DNA from: Catajapyx aquilonaris
Lineage: Eukaryota
Direction: 5' to 3'
NCBI GenBank assembly: GCA_000934665.2
Contig: KZ538963.1
Location: 1-38,506, forward strand
Length of the DNA: 38,506 nucleotides
Positions 1 through 12,267 of this stretch are shown here, in pieces. The notes beneath the pieces were generated by a model. That model was not told the DNA's origin and ran no database searches. It saw only the letters and a program-made list of their open reading frames with translations. How positions within the stretch are numbered: the stretch's first letter is position 1; each line of letters opens with the position of its first letter. The position numbers and the translations under genes were made by a program.

Positions 1-942
1 TCCGATAGACTAAGCCACCCGGGGGAGTTCACAAAATGACCACTATTCGCCCGCACACACGCACTTTGCACATCCCCTCCTAACTACCTTGGAGCATACT
101 AATAAGATTCTTCTTAACTCGCTCCAAAAAAATAATCCCGATGGTGGTAATCCACCATCATTATACATATTTGTATACATCATTATACATATTTGTCCTA
201 TGCTTGTATTGGGATTTCTATGAATTTAAAATCAAGGAAGGGGATCTTATAAAAGTATTATTCAGCTAGTTGAAGTTCAGTGGCAGTCAAGACAAAGGCC
301 TATACCCTCCGTTGTGCAGTACAATTATTTCAAGACAATGTTCCCTCCGATTAGTCTGCTATGCAGGTGTTTTGAAGAAGCAGCAACTTCACATTTGCAC
401 TTTCGTCTGCATGTCACTCCTCAGGTTTTGGTGTTCACCATTTCATGCCAATCAAAGAGTTCTTGCTTTTCCTCTTGATGTCGGTCACACTGTGAATGAC
501 CGAGAGACATGCCCTCTCCTGATCACATGGCCATCTGCCTGAACCACACTTTATTTACGCCCAGTTCATAAGCCAGTAGTATTTTGGTTTTGGAGACATA
601 GTCACAAATCACACGTTTCACGAACAAGAATTAGCATGGTCCTTCTTGGGTTAATGCAACTCTTTCATGTGAACCATGTTTGCACAGAGCTTTAAATCTG
701 TTCCAGTGGAAACTCCTGGTAAGGTTTTGATTACAAATTCACTTCCCTTTGTAGGGCACACAGATGTACAGGAGGCAGAGAAAGTAATATCTACTTCTAT
801 TTGACGCAAATAATGAAATAGTTTCAGAGATTTCAGTGAAAAGGGATGCAGTAAAGCTGCAGTTAGAGGTTTCTACTGGGTGAGTCATTTCAGTCGTCCA
901 TGGGGAACACTTTGTATGAAGTACAGTCTTAATGATTTAGAT

Positions 943-1181
943 CAGTTCTTCCCAACCTGTGAGTCGCGACCCCCAAGGCAAATCCTTTATCAGGGGGTCT
1001 TGCGATGATTTTTACTTACAATAAATCTCATAGGCAATTTTACCACGAAGGTTTTTTAATGTTTTAGTAAGTCTACATTACATTAATTTATCTTCTACTA
1101 ATATTCAGGGGAGGGGGTCGTCGCAGGTTACTTGACTATAATAAAAAGGGGTCGCGGACCGAAAAAGGTTGGGAACCACTG
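943..1181. mobile_element. Non-autonomous hAT (Charlie-like) MITE, 239 bp
   Basis: Terminal inverted repeats CAGTTCTTCCCAACCT (943) and AGGTTGGGAACCACTG (ends 1181), internal GTCGCGACCCC/GGGGTCGCG subterminal repeats, and a perfect 8-bp target-site duplication ATTTAGAT (935-942 and 1182-1189). An 8-bp TSD with CAGTG-type ends is typical of hAT elements. Confidence 0.9.
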
Positions 1182-2183
1182 ATTTAGATCATGGCCTTCT
1201 GCAGTGAATATTTCACATGTGATGGCTACCTCTGACTTGTGAAATACAGGCATCCAATAGACATCGGAAACCGCAACATAACAACGGTGAACATGAAGAC
1301 AAAATTGTGGGTGGCTAAATTTAGATTATGTTAGTGCAGTCCAAACAGCTGTAGAAATGGGACCAAAGATCAATGGCTGAATGCTGGAAAAACATAGCAA
1401 GGTATGATGTAGCCTACACCATTAAAAAAAAAATTGCTCTGGTTGTTGGCGAAACATGGACTAAGCTAGTGTGATTCTGACTTCCACACTTCATTAACTT
1501 TGACTATATCTAGCAGGAAAGTGTCACCATTTTTCCAGAAAAATAGCCCCACACCATATTAAAAAATTGTGGGATATTTTTGTGGAGTATAATGCTTCCT
1601 CTACATGCAGGTTTCACTGTATTTCCATCAGCTATTCCTAGACTCAGTGGTAGCCAGCATATTGGTATTCTCATTCTTTCTCTTCCAGTTGCCTGTCTCA
1701 TCGTCTTTCCTCTCGTTCACATGTGAGAGCGTGATTGCGATAGTTTCTTGTGAACTTACAGTTGCTGAAAAACTGGGCCTAAGGCATTGGCACAATAAAA
1801 TAGCGTGATCTCACATGCCTAACATTCTTTGAAGCGGAGAAGATATGAGAAAGACAGCACTGAAACCGAACGCCTTTCCCACCTTGGCTCTGCATCTGCA
1901 AACAGCAAGTTGTACCATACGCCCATACCCTTAATTTCTGCCTGGCTAAGGTGAGGCTCAATTGTTTATGTTTAGTGGAAGAAGCCAAGGCAATTTGGGC
2001 CATGAGGGTAAACAGATATGGGAAGGAGGAAGGAGACCCCTCTTCATATGGTACAGGTCCACCCTGAAATAATTGATTTCATGACAGTAATGCCCACCAG
2101 GCAAAATATGTGACATCAGTTCTAATGCACAAAGAGAAAAGTAAATTACATGGGACAACAGGTCAGTAGCATTCATAATTGAC

Positions 2184-3141
2184 AATTGAATAGCCAAGAT
2201 GGCACTCCTCCCAAGTCATTTCCCCCTGAATTTGTATTATTGGCGGAAAGCTACTGTCACGTATGAGGGGCAACCGTCCAAGAAGCAGAAAATCCCACGT
2301 CCAGTCGGAAAGGAAACAGTCCCCTCGTAGAGGTAGTCAAGATGCCACAAATCTGCACGAATCCCACATCTAGGACTTGGGACACATGGAATCTTGAGTA
2401 GGTTGGTTAGGTTCACTATAGGAAAACCTCCCTAACTTGGCATTGACGTCATCGTTTGTTTACCAATGGAAATCTGCCAAATGCACCCCTGGAGGAACTC
2501 CCACTTTTCAAGTTTCCATGGGGATGCCCTCTTGCAACAATATGAGGAAACAGCGTTCTTTTTGTTGGCACTGTTTACTCCTATTGTTGCATGAGGGCAT
2601 CCCCATGGAAACTTGAAAAGTGGGAGTTTCTCCAGGGGTGCATTCGGCAGATTTCCATTGACTAGGAGTTGGTAAACAAACCATGATGCGTCAATGGCAA
2701 GTTAGGGGAGCTGCCTATACCACGGTGTTGTCCTGATCACAATCCAATATGGACACTGCGACAATGGAAGGTTTAGCAAGTGATGCAAGCGAGGGGAGTG
2801 TTGGGGGGTTCAGATGATGAAAGAGGTCACTAGTCATGGGCTGTCATGATATTCAGACGTACTGATGTGAAAATAAACCATTTCTGTTGAATTGCCATAT
2901 GCTTCTTGCATCCAAGATGGCGTAATATTCCAAGTCCACCACCTACGACAATTTTGTTTCCAAAGGACAATAATGCTAGTACCTTCGTAATTAGTGCACT
3001 TTATAGAGGTCTTGACCTATATAAGACACACCGAGTTTCATTCACGCCATACTAATTAGAGGCGCAAGGTACACTTTTAATGCTCTCTTGAAAAATTGCA
3101 TCCCATGGACTTGGGAGGTGTGCCATGTTGGCTATTCAATT
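2184..3141. mobile_element. Inverted-repeat-bounded non-autonomous DNA transposon(s) in the TOE1 downstream intron
   Basis: 2184-2217 and 3108-3141 are 34-bp inverted repeats with 2 mismatches, both ending in AATT. Degenerate internal copies of the CCAAGATGGC...CCAAGTC motif occur at about 2374-2396 (reverse) and 2912-2936. No transposase ORF. Confidence 0.6.
2417..2719. repeat. Long foldback (palindromic) element, about 300 bp, probable MITE
   Basis: The left arm (~2417-2552) is the near-perfect reverse complement of the right arm (~2571-2719), e.g. TGCACCCCTGGAGGAACTCCCACTTTTCAAGTTTCCATGGGGATGCCCTC versus GAGGGCATCCCCATGGAAACTTGAAAAGTGGGAGTTTCTCCAGGGGTGCA. Loop about 18 nt; ends TATAGG...CCTATA. 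Confidence 0.9.
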
Positions 3142-3716
3142 AGTAGCTTGCACTATGTAATGATAGCCTCGATGTATAGTAGCTAAAAAATATGTCACAT
3201 TCATAATTAACTAAAGAACGAGCTTCCAATCACATTACTACTTTCACAACATAACACACTCACCTTACTAATACACCCATGTGGGTTTGAAAAAAAAATC
3301 CTTCTAATGTTTCCTAGCTTGGGACAAATTCTTACTGCCCGCCAGTTGAAAAAGTCTAACTATGGTTGGTCCCTGAGAGAATCATGCTCACCTGTACGGA
3401 CGTAACTTTTATGAACCATATTTCTGTGGACAAATGAATTATTTGATCCGGTACACCTAGAAATTCTAGATTCACGCTCACATGCTCTAATTTTTAAATT
3501 GCCTCTAAACCAGGGCAGCACTCAGCAAAATGAAGTCCATGAAAAGTACCATAAAATTATGAAAATGTTACATTCTTTATCTGAGAATTGTTGGCAAATG
3601 CTGTTTTTGAGAATGTGTAGCCAGTGTGGGCTACAGGATCTTTGCACCCCACATCTTGCGGGCTGCAATCCTAAGAGTTTGAGGAGCTCTGCTCCGAACC
3701 AACCAACCCAACTTAC

Positions 3717-4768
3717 GGCATATGAGGTGCACAAAGGTAGGTCAGTCGCAGGGGACGAAGCAGGCAGCTCACACGGATGACTCTTGACGTACTCTTCAAA
3801 GTAGGCGAATTTGGGGAAGCTTATCTCCACACGAGGAAGGTCACTGTCACTCTTCTGGGCATTCCTCATCTGCCTGAAATAAACAGTGATTAGAATTGGG
3901 CACTGTCAAGCAATTAATCCATAACTACAACGCCTTTGGGATTACAGTGTATACCACTTGTAATTCACACATACTCTTTTCTGAAGACATATTCCAGGTA
4001 AGATGCAGGTGTCCGCACAACATAGTCAGCCATGTACTTGGTGTCATATATTCCTCCTGGGAACATGTCGTGCAAGTCCACAGAAAAAGTGTCCTGCTTC
4101 TCGGGCAAGTCCGCATACAAGTTCTGGTACAAGAAGACCAGATCCACAATACCGTTGTGGAGGACCACGCTCTTGCCACTCTGCACTATCTGAAGGAAGA
4201 GCTTGCGGAGTTCACCGCCCTTTGCCTGGGCTCTGTCGTTTCCCCTGTAAAACCCCACCCCTTTGGAATACTGCTGGTTGAAGTCAAACCCATGCTGCAC
4301 CAGGAAATTGACAGCCCCAGGCTCCACCAAGTAGTCGTCCGAGCAGAGGGCAAATATGTTGTAGGTCCTCACACGGTACTTCCACTTCCGTGCCTTGGCC
4401 CCCGGTGGAACATCCGATGCGTGCTTGCTGGGACGGAACTTGAAGCAGGACAGTCCCAGGGATATGATAGCATGTGTCCTGGCCACCTGGCACATGTGGA
4501 CATACCGCTCGTTGAGGTCACGCGCATTCAGCTTGCGCCGCTCACCCAGCCCGCTCAGCTCCTGTAAAACATTTCAATGTACTCTCACCATCGGTTTGTC
4601 ATTATTATTATTAACTAATCATTAAGTAGCCTAACATGCAGAGTAATCCCTTACACAGTCGATGCCAACGAATGATGCGGAGTGGATGGCCTTGTGCATG
4701 GAGGGCCATAGGTCCTCGAAGTTGTCCCTGTTCACCTCCACCACCGGGACACTCTCGAATCGGGCCAT
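3717..4768 (-). CDS. TOE1: Target of EGR1 protein 1 (CAF1/DEDD deadenylase-family snRNA 3' exonuclease), 5' exons; 3' end not found
   Basis: Exons 4768-4655, 4561-3975 and 3873-3717 join in frame over GT-AG introns. Protein: MARFESVPVVEVNRDNFEDLWPSMHKAIHSASFVGIDC|ELSGLGERRKLNARDLNERYVHMCQVARTHAIISLGLSCF...FLVQHGFDFNQQYSKG...VVLHNGIVDLVFLYQNLYADLP...IYDTKY...PASYLEYVFRKE|QMRN...LCTSYA. It contains DEDD motifs (D-x-E, HNGxxD, YDTK) and the first Cys of the CCCH zinc finger. Confidence 0.93.
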
Positions 4769-7272
4769 GCTGTCCGGACACCGGACAACGTTGACCGTCG
4801 GCCACAGACAGACAGAACAAGGCGATCTCGAGTAGCGATTGCGATACCGGCGGTCCTTACCACCAGATGGCAGTGTGTGCCTCGCTTGGCTCGCACTGCC
4901 ATCTCCAGTCCGCACTGTGCACTCCTGCCACTCAAACACACGTGCAGATAGATGTAACTGTACTGGCCAGGTGCACCTGTGTGCTACTGCATAACATATG
5001 ATGATGATGGGGGAGCATCGCCTTGGGGCATACCCGTCCGTCGCTGCTCGCCCTGGAATAATGAGGGGCAGCCGGATTGCTTCTTGGCAAACATCTTGGG
5101 CAAGGCGGTGGGTGGTACGCCGCGGTTGCGTGGGACTTTTTTTTAAATATTACGGTATAGGTACGCGTGCACCGGACTCTGCGTGCTTTATTATGCCACT
5201 TGACTGCCAGGAGAAAAAAATGATGCACGGAATATCGACATGTGACCCAGTTTTTAGCGGGTGCAGTTCTGGTGGGCAGCGAACGCAATTTTTACCATGA
5301 TGTTGTTGACTCTGACCTTTCTGCATATCTACAACATATCTTCATCAGCACATAACATTCTGTCCTCATATAATACCAAACACGACGGTGTGCATCCACA
5401 CGCCGATTTCATCATTGGTGTAGACCGTAAAGGTCGATGAAGGCCACATAGTACAAGGAAAATTAGTGGAATTCAGTATGCAACTATGGCTAAGCTGTTC
5501 CAGTGTTATGATACAAGGCAGCAGTGCCATGGAGTGTCGCATATACGCTGTCATTAAATTCTGCAATGCATTTACCTTTACTATTGTACCAACCCCCCCT
5601 CGTCTTTTCAACGAATTCTAAAGCCATAGTACTATTAATAGCCACTTCCGACATGTCAGTTATCCATCCTCGTCAATTGGCACACATCAAGATTACATAA
5701 CGTCAATCGATGCACACTTGACACTATTCAGCGGGTGTAACAGTACACCAGTGATTAAAAATATATCCCCCTCTCCGCTCCCGACCCCCATAAAATGGCT
5801 TGAATGCAGACAACACGAGCAGGCCAACAGCACTCCACTGTAATTATAGTATTCCGCATTGTTTAGCCTCATTATGTTCTTTTTGAGGTCGTTGTTCTGG
5901 GAATGTTTCCAATACACTCCGCACCTGATAAATAACCAGCTAGAATTAAACTAGCCAGTACCATTATCCTTCTGCAGGTGAGGATTGCAGGCAGGCGTAT
6001 CCTAGTAGGCAACCTTGTTCCGGTAAGACTATAAACCTCAAGGTCTCGGAATGCAACGTCGGAGGAATATGCGATGGAAACTCGGATAGTTTGGCTGCGA
6101 AGTATCAGGCAAATAAGCCGAGCCAAGGCCCATTCTTTTTTAGCATACAATACTTTCTCTCCCGGGCATTCTTTGTCCGTCACTCTCCTTTCGTGTGTGC
6201 TGCTGCCCATAGTCTATACCCGTCCTGTCAAGTTGTCTTATCACGGGAGCACTGCTCATGGCAAGTTGTCCTGTTACGTCGATGTCCAACTCTGATAAAT
6301 CTGGACTCGAAAGTGTGAACAACGTGCAACGAGGACGCCCTAAACAAGGTGGTCACTACTAATAAAACCTTAATATCTGGGTTGCTGATAATGGCCATTG
6401 CCCATTAGTAGGTCTTATTTTTTTCTAGTTCTCTCAGGATCATTAGGGTGCCCCCTCGAGGTCATGCGAACTAGAAGACCGTACCATTGTGCAGCTCCCC
6501 CTGTTTTTAGGCGATCTCAAATGCACTCGCCAATTTCGTCCTAGATGCAATGCGATCCACTTTTCTTCTTCTTTTTTTGCAACGATGACCTTTGTGCGAA
6601 ATCAAGGTTTACATACCAGACTGCAATTTTGTACTCAAGGGCCTCTTGCTAAAGTGGCATGTGGAACAAAATTGCTGTATTTACTGCGATCAGGATGTAA
6701 ACAGGATGCATTTCTCTGTGTTCTGTACTACAATTGCATTGAAATATTGGGTGGACTTTTTGTCCGAAAATTCGACCCAATTATTGTTTTGTATTATATC
6801 ATGTAATTGATTATTTTCTTTGTTTGCAACAATCTTCGTGACACCCTCTAGCCAGCTTGTCTCTGGTTGCGAAAGTCTGCTGACGCAACTCCATATGACA
6901 ACTCCCATTTATAATCGGTGCAAAATAAACCGCGCAGCACATGCCCGCCCCCTTATCAGTCATACCCGCCAGCAACCTCCGCAAATTACAAGCGTCCCGG
7001 TTCTTATTGCCATATCGTTGTTGCCTCCAGCAGGTGCGCAATTACAGCAATTAGCCGATGTAGATGCAGGTAGCCAAGAACGCGGGCGAGACGACATAAC
7101 GGAATACATTTTTTGAGGCACCGGCAAAAGTGTAGGTGGCGACACCATCGTAGCGCAAACTCAGGCGGAAGAACCGCTCTCCAGGTCAGTCGGCCAGGTG
7201 AGTTGGGACCGAACACTTGTGGTAAAGAAAAAAATAAGGTACAGTCCAAATGAGGTGTGCTGAAGTGAAGTG

Positions 7273-10200
7273 ATGGTGTGGTGGATGCTGGTGGAGCCGG
7301 TGGGTTGCGAGTGCGCGACGGATGACGCGGAGGACGATGAGCCGCCTCCGTTGCCGTCGACGTCACCACCGACAGTGCCGGACTTGTGCGAGGAGGACAA
7401 TGAGGACCATTTGACTAGTGTGTGCAGGGCGTTTTACCAGAGGAGGATGAAGGCCTTGGAGAGTCTGGACACCAGGTGGTCGCGGATGGACAACGAGACG
7501 GAGATGTCGTCGTTGTCGCTCAAGTTGGAGCACCTCAGGCGTGAGATGGTAAGCGTGGGAATTTTGAGTTTTTGTTTTCCGGCCTGGAGGGTCCCCAACC
7601 TGGCCATTAGAACGGTCACCCGGGCCAGAAGCTCGTTCCGCTTTCTGCTGTTTGCTGCCCAAAGGAAGAAAAAACGGGGGTCCTTTTCAGACGCAATTTT
7701 ATACCTGATTAATCTTCCTTCTGCGCCACTTTGTCACGAAATTTGTGCGTCAGTGATTTTCTAGCAGGACAACCGGATTAGGTAATACTACTGCCGAAGC
7801 GTAAATCAAGACACGGATTTCGATCCGGATTTGAAGGAATCAATTGGTGCCAGTTTTATCAACGCAAATTAAAGGAAAATCTCCAATTATGCACCATGTG
7901 ATACAACCAGGACAAATGTATTAGATCAAATCTCCGATGACAATGCCGCGTAATCGGAAATTTGACGCATCGATTTTGGTCGAATTGGTCAATTGCAGAG
8001 AACGACTCATTAGAACTGAATGTGCGCCGAATTTTGGATGACTTTTATGAAGCAAGGAGCGGCGTACCTTGAAGTTACGCCCATGCTATATTTATTTTAG
8101 TAAATGAAAAATGATGTAGGCCAGAGCCACTTGGTTGCATCCAATTCCAAATTGGCAAAGGTATATGCACGGACTTCGAATGCGAAATCCAACCTGCGTA
8201 ACGGTACACATTAGTAAACAAATCCCGGATATGCGCAGAAAATGATTCGTTCCGTCGGTTTTACACCGAGGGGTTCATCGAATACATCAGCATAATAGGG
8301 CACGTAATCCATATTTATTAGCTCGGCAGCTCATCCGCGGATAATTTTACGCGGATGTAATGCCGAATTAACGATTACACCGGTATATAAGCAACATAAA
8401 ACCAGGCCTTCCCATATTATCGCCCCTATTGTCATCTTATCGCCGCATTTTTTGTCTGGTGTAACTCTGTGTTTGTCACCTGCTGGAGTCGAGCCAACAG
8501 CAAAAATACGATCCGGTACTAAGCAACACATATTGCTGGATGCATGGTTAGCAGATCGAGTGGGACTTGGAAGGCCAACGAGAGTCTTACAAGGACGTTC
8601 CGTTACTGGGCAAGATCCCTTTGTTGTCCACAGTCTGGCCGAGTCCAAACTTGAACAGTGTGCATCTTAGGCCATTGTTAGGGGACATGAGAACTTTTCT
8701 CTCGGGAGAGTAAAAAGCGAATGGTCCTGCACATTTTGCGTGAAAGTGGGAAAGGTGCGACACCAATTTAAGCGTGCACTTTCGAATCGGAATACTCCAA
8801 TTGGATGGTCACGTCTGCCCTTGAAATAGTATACGGACTTAACGGGATCCGGGGGGGTGTTTCTTGAGGGGGCCAAGGTCGGTTCATCCGGAACAAGAGG
8901 GTCGGACAATGGTCACTTTCACGGGAGATGACGCAACCCGACTTGTTTGTCTTCACTTGAGATGCACAACGACAGTCTGTCGGCCCCCCTACGGTATAGT
9001 ATTGCGGATTGAAAAGAAAAACGCAGTTCCCAATACCGTTGGTTTATGGTAGAAGGGAGCCGGCCGTCGTCTGGAACAACAGAAGACATTTCTTTCAATC
9101 ATTCCTGCGGTGCGGTAATACGCAATGTTTGCCACCGTACACCTTCCTTGAGAACACTGCGGTTTTTGTTCCAAATCGGCACCTTTTGTGGGGGGGGGGG
9201 GGTCTCCAGTTAAACACATTGTTGGCAATTTGTGAGGGTACCCNNNNNNNNNNNNNNCGATTTGCTAACACCGGATGGCCCAAGGACCAAAGACTAGAGG
9301 GGTTTGTAATATGCAACAAACATGGTGGGATCGGTATAACCTGAATTCCTTTAGCCAGGAGGGGCGGTCGAGGTGGGATTATTATTTTTTTTGTCCGGTT
9401 TGCAATCCGTCCGACAACTTTCACTGCGAAAAGGAAGGCCGAAGAGGTCGAGGCCAAAGGTCAGGAGCTGTCCACTTGGCACCTTGCAGCAAAAAATGGG
9501 TAGGGATTGCCCACGTGTCTTTTTTGCACGCAAAATTAGTGGACCCCTAGTAAGGAAGGCACTTATTTGGTCTTCAGGTTTTCGCACTGCCATATATATC
9601 GGGGACGAGAGAAAAAGTGGCCAAAAGTGGAACAAACAAAAACAAGAAGATTGGTGCTATAAAAAGGGAGAAAGTCATATTTCTCAACCGGCCGTGATTT
9701 TTTTTTTCTTTCTTTCGTATTCTCAAAATTAGGATATGTGACACAGGAAATTTCTTTCCTAATCTAATAAACGCCAACCGTGAATAAGGTTACTTAACAG
9801 TGAGCATGAACTGGATTCAATCCTCGAGTTGACATAGGACAATAACACCATGACCTTTTGGGGCTCTGAATATCTTGCCTGTCACAGGAAGCGGCTAATT
9901 GGCTGGGAACTAAAAAATCAGGCTTAATCACTCTTCAGAAAACATGTCCTAAATGATCTCTACTGTTATAATACCCTCCGGATCAAAAGGGTGTCCTCAT
10001 TTTTGGCACCAATTACACGGCGGTCTAAGCTCGCTGGTGTACTAATGATTTGCTGGAAATAGTGCAACAGTTATAAGGTTCTGAATGGAGACTTATGAAA
10101 ATGACAAAGTGGCAGTACAGTTATGTGGGATGATGCCTTATACAAGTAGACATCGTGGGAGGAGGCCGCTTGCTCTCCAACTCTTGGAGGTGGGAAGACT

Positions 10201-12267
10201 GGAAATCCGGTTCCAGGTGAAGGCACCTAGTAATTTTCATCTCAGAAGGCGAAGAAGTCAAGGGGGTGACCTTCGCCACGAATCACTCGCATTTAGAGCA
10301 CATAAGGGGGCGTATCCGCTTTGTGATACGAAAAAAAAGTAATTTTTGGGACCATCAGCGAGCGATTTTCGTCTGGAAGCGATATTTATTCTGAAAAAGC
10401 GACATCGCGCCTGAACAAAGCGAGCGATTTCATGGCTGAATTGAGCTATTTGCCTACTATAAGCAGTATAGCTCCTGCCTGAAGCGACATCGTGTCTGAA
10501 CAAAGCGAGCGATCTCATGGCTGAATTGAGCGATTTGCCTACTAGAGCGATCTAGCTCCTGACTAAAAGCGCCATCGCGCCTGAACAAAGCGAGCGATAT
10601 CAGGGATGAATTGAGCGATTTGCCTACTACAAGCGATATCGCTTCTGCCTGAAGCGACATCGCGGCTGAACAAAGCGAGCGATTTTATGGCTTTTGAGGT
10701 AGAATATGATTTGAAAGGAACTGCGGTTGTGTTTACAGTCGGGCGAGTCGGCGACCTATTTCGGAACGGGTGAGAAATAATCGGGGCTTGGCCCCTTAGG
10801 GCGGGTTTCCTGTGGTCTCCACGCATGATCTACTCGTGCTGCCATGGGAAAAAACCTTGTCGGCCTCGGATTGCAAGTTGGCCAGAAGGGGGGGAAACTT
10901 CAAGACCCATGCTGGGATCATATCCAATGCTCCGGTAGTTGAGCAGGCGACGCCCTGTAAAAAAAGGTATTTGGTTTTTTTCAGAACATCAGTCCTTGAT
11001 TGGGTGGTGCCGACCAAAATGTTTGCCATTCCGTTGCACACAGAACCCAAGGGTGTTTTGAGTGCCGTTTCTAATGGAAAGGGGGAAATAACTCGGGATG
11101 AGTCGCTTTTACCTGGGCTGTAAGGCACCTAGCCAAGTTACACACTGTACCGGTGTACACGAGGAAGGAAAGCGGAGGGGGACACAATCTGGTTGCATCT
11201 TTTTTGATGGCTGCCTTGCTGGGAGACATAGCTGACTTGGTATTTGGCGTGAAAGTTAGATGTGTAGCAGACTTTCACGGGGAGGAAATGTTGGCTGTAA
11301 ATAATAAACATTTGGTCTTCCGGAAAACGAGGGCTTCCTTGAGAACAGTTTCATGTTGTTTACCTTTCTGGTTATTACGGCACGATTTCATCAGAGCGGG
11401 GCAGCACAAAGATATGGTTCCGGAGCAATGAGGTGAAGGTGGAAACCGGCCTGTGTGACGTTTTAATTAGGCTGTATTTTTTTTCTTCAGGCCCTGCTGA
11501 TGCGGCAGGACAACAGCTTGTTCCAGCAGCTTCTGGCCCTTCACGAATCTCTGGAGGAATTTAAGGAGCAGCAGGCTCAAGAACTGTTGGACGAAGAGTG
11601 GGAGGACATTGAAGAAGATGACGAGGAGGAGGACGACCAGAGCTTATCTCCGGCTCCCAGCTTCATATCGAGTTCCTTGTCCTTTACTGACCACGATGAG
11701 AGGGAGTCGTCTTCACCAGAATCCACGATTTCCTACTGTGGTTCCTCGTCTAAAAGGGTACTGCAGGAGTTCTACTTTATTTTGCGGTCGTGACCAGTTG
11801 TTTCAGGACAAGGTGGACGTATGGATAGAAAGGCAGACCAGATTCATTCAGTAGTGTGTCGCAACATTGTTTTATTGCTGCCTCCGATAGCATGCGGTGG
11901 GGCAGGTCACTGTGAAAGTTTATTGGAACTGATGCTGTCGCATGTGTCTTAATCCGGTCGATCTACTTAATTGCAGAGAGGTCGCAGCCCTAGCTTCAGG
12001 AGGCAGGCGGTGTCCTACCCTCCGACTGCCAGGAACAGGCGACCTCACTCGCTTCGTTACGGGGTGTCCAGATCTGCCTCGGGCAAGAACCTGACCGTTC
12101 GAGCCAAGAGTTCAGCCAGTACCTTGTCGCCTCTTCCTTCGCCACTCCATCAGAAGCACTCGGAGGACGAGATGATCAACTCCACTCGAGTGCACCACCT
12201 TAGTCAGAACTCGTTCGATTCCGGAATACACGGATCGGAACACTCGGATCACGAGATTTTTGTGTGA
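7273..12267 (+). CDS. Leucine-rich adaptor protein, LURAP1/FAM89 family, about 277 aa
   Basis: Exons 7273-7548 (donor GTAAGC), 11491-11757 (acceptor TTTTCTTCAG, donor GTACTG) and 11977-12267 (acceptor TTGCAG), all phase 0. The first junction builds LSLKLEHLRREM|ALLMRQDNSLFQQLLALHESLEEFK, matching the LURAP/FAM89 motif L-R-x-E-M-x-x-L-x-x-x-D-x-x-L-x-x-Q-L-x-x-L-x-E-S. An acidic/Ser-rich tail follows, ending HEIFV*. Confidence 0.8.
9244..9257. other. Assembly gap (14 N)
   Basis: Run of N in intron 1 of the LURAP-like gene. Confidence 1.
10396..10692. repeat. Minisatellite, about 85-bp unit x about 3.5
   Basis: AAGCGACATCGCGCCTGAACAAAGCGAGCGAT...GAATTGAGCGATTTGCCTACTA recurs at about 10397, 10482, 10567 and 10652, and is built from AGCGAT-like subunits. 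Confidence 0.9.

Noticed and set aside
156..196. 19-bp direct repeat CATCATTATACATATTTGT
   Set aside because: Simple local tandem duplication with no element between the copies.
3896..4567. 223-aa plus-strand ORF and other ORFs antisense to TOE1, LURAP-like and Cav1 exons
   Set aside because: Antisense shadows of real coding exons with no independent protein motifs.
5872..6322. Overlapping short ORFs between TOE1 and the LURAP-like gene as a possible retroelement remnant
   Set aside because: No recognisable RT, endonuclease or transposase motifs.
10303..10798. TAAGGGG...CCCCTTA as terminal inverted repeats around the minisatellite
   Set aside because: Only about 7 bp match and the flanking triplets (TAA/TTA) are not a direct duplication.
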